This document shows, one piece after another, positions 61,791 through 64,000 of a stretch of 64,000 bases of DNA. Location of the stretch: positions 19,373,247 to 19,437,246 of the forward strand of contig NC_081385.1 of assembly GCF_030684315.1 (NCBI RefSeq), in the 5' to 3' direction. The position numbers and the translations under genes are program-made. The stretch is from Stegostoma tigrinum. Taxonomy: Eukaryota. The notes under the pieces were generated by a model that had not been told where the DNA came from, did no database searches, and saw only the letters and a program-made list of their open reading frames with translations. How positions within the stretch are numbered: the first letter of the stretch is position 1; each line of letters opens with the position of its first letter.

Positions 61791-63409
61791 TAAATGGTGT
61801 ATCCTTAATGTCAGATGCATTGTTGGACACCAAGCAAAGAATTTCATTGAGAAAACTGCATTAGTGATAGTAGTCAGCAAGGTGGCATTTTCTGCTGACA
61901 AGCCATACAGATGCCTCACAATGAGCCTTATTAATTGGGCCATCAATTTTACCTTAGCGGTATGATGCAATGAAGGAATCAGCTTGAACATATTTGTGAA
62001 TATTGTGGGTGCTCAAATATGGAAGAAAAATGGTGAAAATACTCAGTAGATCGGGCAGCATCTGTGGAGACAAAGGAAAAACAGGATTAATGGCCTGGAT
62101 TTCTTCCTCAAGGCTAGGTGCAGGATTAGGAAATTTCCCAGGTTGGCCTGAGGGCATGAGGCCAAAGTACCATGGAGGACATTACCTTCAATGTGGTATG
62201 GTTGGATAGAGGAGGTGCACTGGTAACAGCTAGACCAGCTGGCCTGGGTGCAGAGCTGGGCTATTTGAAAAGCCTAAAAATGCTAAGGGATTTCATGGAA
62301 GTTATGATAAAACCAGAAAGTCCCTCCAGTCCACACCCTTCATATATTCTCACCCCCGCCCCATCAATCGCACGCTTCTTGATCAATCAATTTGGTCCCT
62401 CAAACTGTTCATACCAAGGTATCCCCCTCAAAAGAGCCATATTCCTCATGACTGATTTGTCAAGGTACCTCCCACAACCTCTCAGGCCCCTTGTATTCGA
62501 TCCAAATCCAAGCTATTGGAGCTTCATGGCAATTCTCACACTAGAGAGTTTAGAGAAAGATTGATTCCCATGGTGACCATAGTTGGTGGTTGAGGAGGTA
62601 GTGCTGTTAGGTGGGTGAGGGGGTAGGGTGCCACGTTAGCTGAGAGGTATAGGTGAAAAGGTGAGTGAGCAGTTGGTATTAGCTAAGTGGACAAAGTTGT
62701 GGTGCGGGGGGATGTTGGGTTGGAGGGTGTTGGGTTGGAATTGACAGTAGATTGGAAGAGTGTAGCTGGGGGTAGAGGCGGGCCAGCGGTGAGGTAGGGG
62801 CTCAGCTTAATAGCTTTTCAAGAGTTAGAGCACAAGTCTAGTTCTCTAATACTTCTTGAGTAAAAATTAAGCTGAATTGATTCGGAACCCTCCAAAATCT
62901 CCGACTCTGAGGGACTTTTCAGGAGCTTCCCGGCATCAATGAATTTCCCCAAGGTACTTTCAATTTCCTTAACAATTATTGCAGCATCTAATGCTTCAAG
63001 AATTTCTGCATAGTTGTGATGTGCAATCTACCCTGCAGAAATGACTATCTAGACATCAGCATTTCTGGGTTATTATTTAATAGACGCCAGAGGCTGATTT
63101 TTGATGAAATGAATGACCACTGTCAGGTAGATTATAAATAGCCTGTAGGCTGTCATAACGTCTTGCTTACACTGGTCCATCTCTTAAAGGCATCTGTCTC
63201 AAATCACCTGCTCAAGACAGTTGTGACCAGATCACCGTAAACAAATGTAGGATTACGATACGTTTTCTCAGGCAGAACAATCTCTGAAACTCAAGCCACA
63301 GAGCACTGCTACTTACTGAGACAAATGTTTGAGTCCAGTCAATGAAGAGTTTCCACGGTTGTTTTTAATATTCATCTTGGATTTGTCTGGCAATTGTCAT
63401 GGTTGTGAT

Positions 63410-63535
63410 AAAATGTGGACTCCCATTACAGAAATTCTTACAGAAACTCAGCAAACCTGACAGCATCTGTGGTGAGAAAACAGAGAGAACATTTTGATTC
63501 CAGTGACTCTTCTCCAGAAACGGACCTGGTTCTGA
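63410..63535 (-). mobile_element. Penelope-like pLTR remnant (subfamily B)
   Basis: GAAACTCAGCAAACCTGACAGCATCTGTGGTGAGAAAACAGAGAGAACATTTTGATTCCAGTGACTCTTCTCCAGAA. Confidence 0.6.
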
Positions 63536-64000
63536 AAGATCAAATGCTGACCTAAATAGGCTGCATCAATCACCTGACCACAGAACAAGGAAAGTTTGGG
63601 AAATTAATTGGAGAAAATTAATTGTCTAAATTGAAATTATCATTTCATGTAGAGACAATGAAATTGGCCAATATTGTCTCAAGAGACATGCAACTTCTTT
63701 CAATTTACAGTCATGAGAAGTTATACATATTTGACATGAAATTGTTGTCTGCATCTATCCAGCTCGGAAAGACAATTTAATTCGACTCAGAAATATATAA
63801 ATAAACCATATTGCGGTAGTTGCTTGACAATGACTGTGGTGTTAGATTGAATTCTAGCATCTCAAAGGTTCTGAGAGCTTCAAAACTGTGTAGTCTTTCT
63901 TTTGCCTGTCCATACTAGATACCCTCTCCTTTGTCAATACAACATTCGTGTTATGAGTTTGACGTCATGTTTTATTATTTTTCCTGGGCTTACTGAGTGA

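Overview
Eukaryotic, repeat-dense, essentially non-coding vertebrate DNA (intron or gene desert). The repeat repertoire (CR1 LINEs, V-SINE/HE1-like, DeuSINE-like and Penelope-like elements) points by inference to a cartilaginous fish (shark). I recognise no host protein-coding gene. The ORF track is explained by transposon fragments, their antisense frames and a 39-bp minisatellite. Main content: many CR1 LINEs, including one near-full-length copy with an ORF1 esterase and one young copy with a 490-aa open RT frame; an L2/Crack-like LINE carrying a tRNA-like SINE head; two or more subfamilies of Penelope-like elements with GIY-YIG remnants and minimal hammerhead-ribozyme motifs; and a degraded Harbinger-type Myb/SANT remnant. 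Most interesting signals: (1) a recurrent class of ~140-230 bp fold-back Penelope mini-insertions with 10-15 bp target-site duplications whose inversion or truncation points cluster on the hammerhead core; (2) a 40-copy minisatellite born from exactly 13 codons of a CR1 RT; (3) a SINE that equals the head plus tail of a local LINE; (4) candidate enhancer-like islands, including an RFX X-box. Family names come from motif recognition only, no database search was run, and the boundaries of old elements are approximate.
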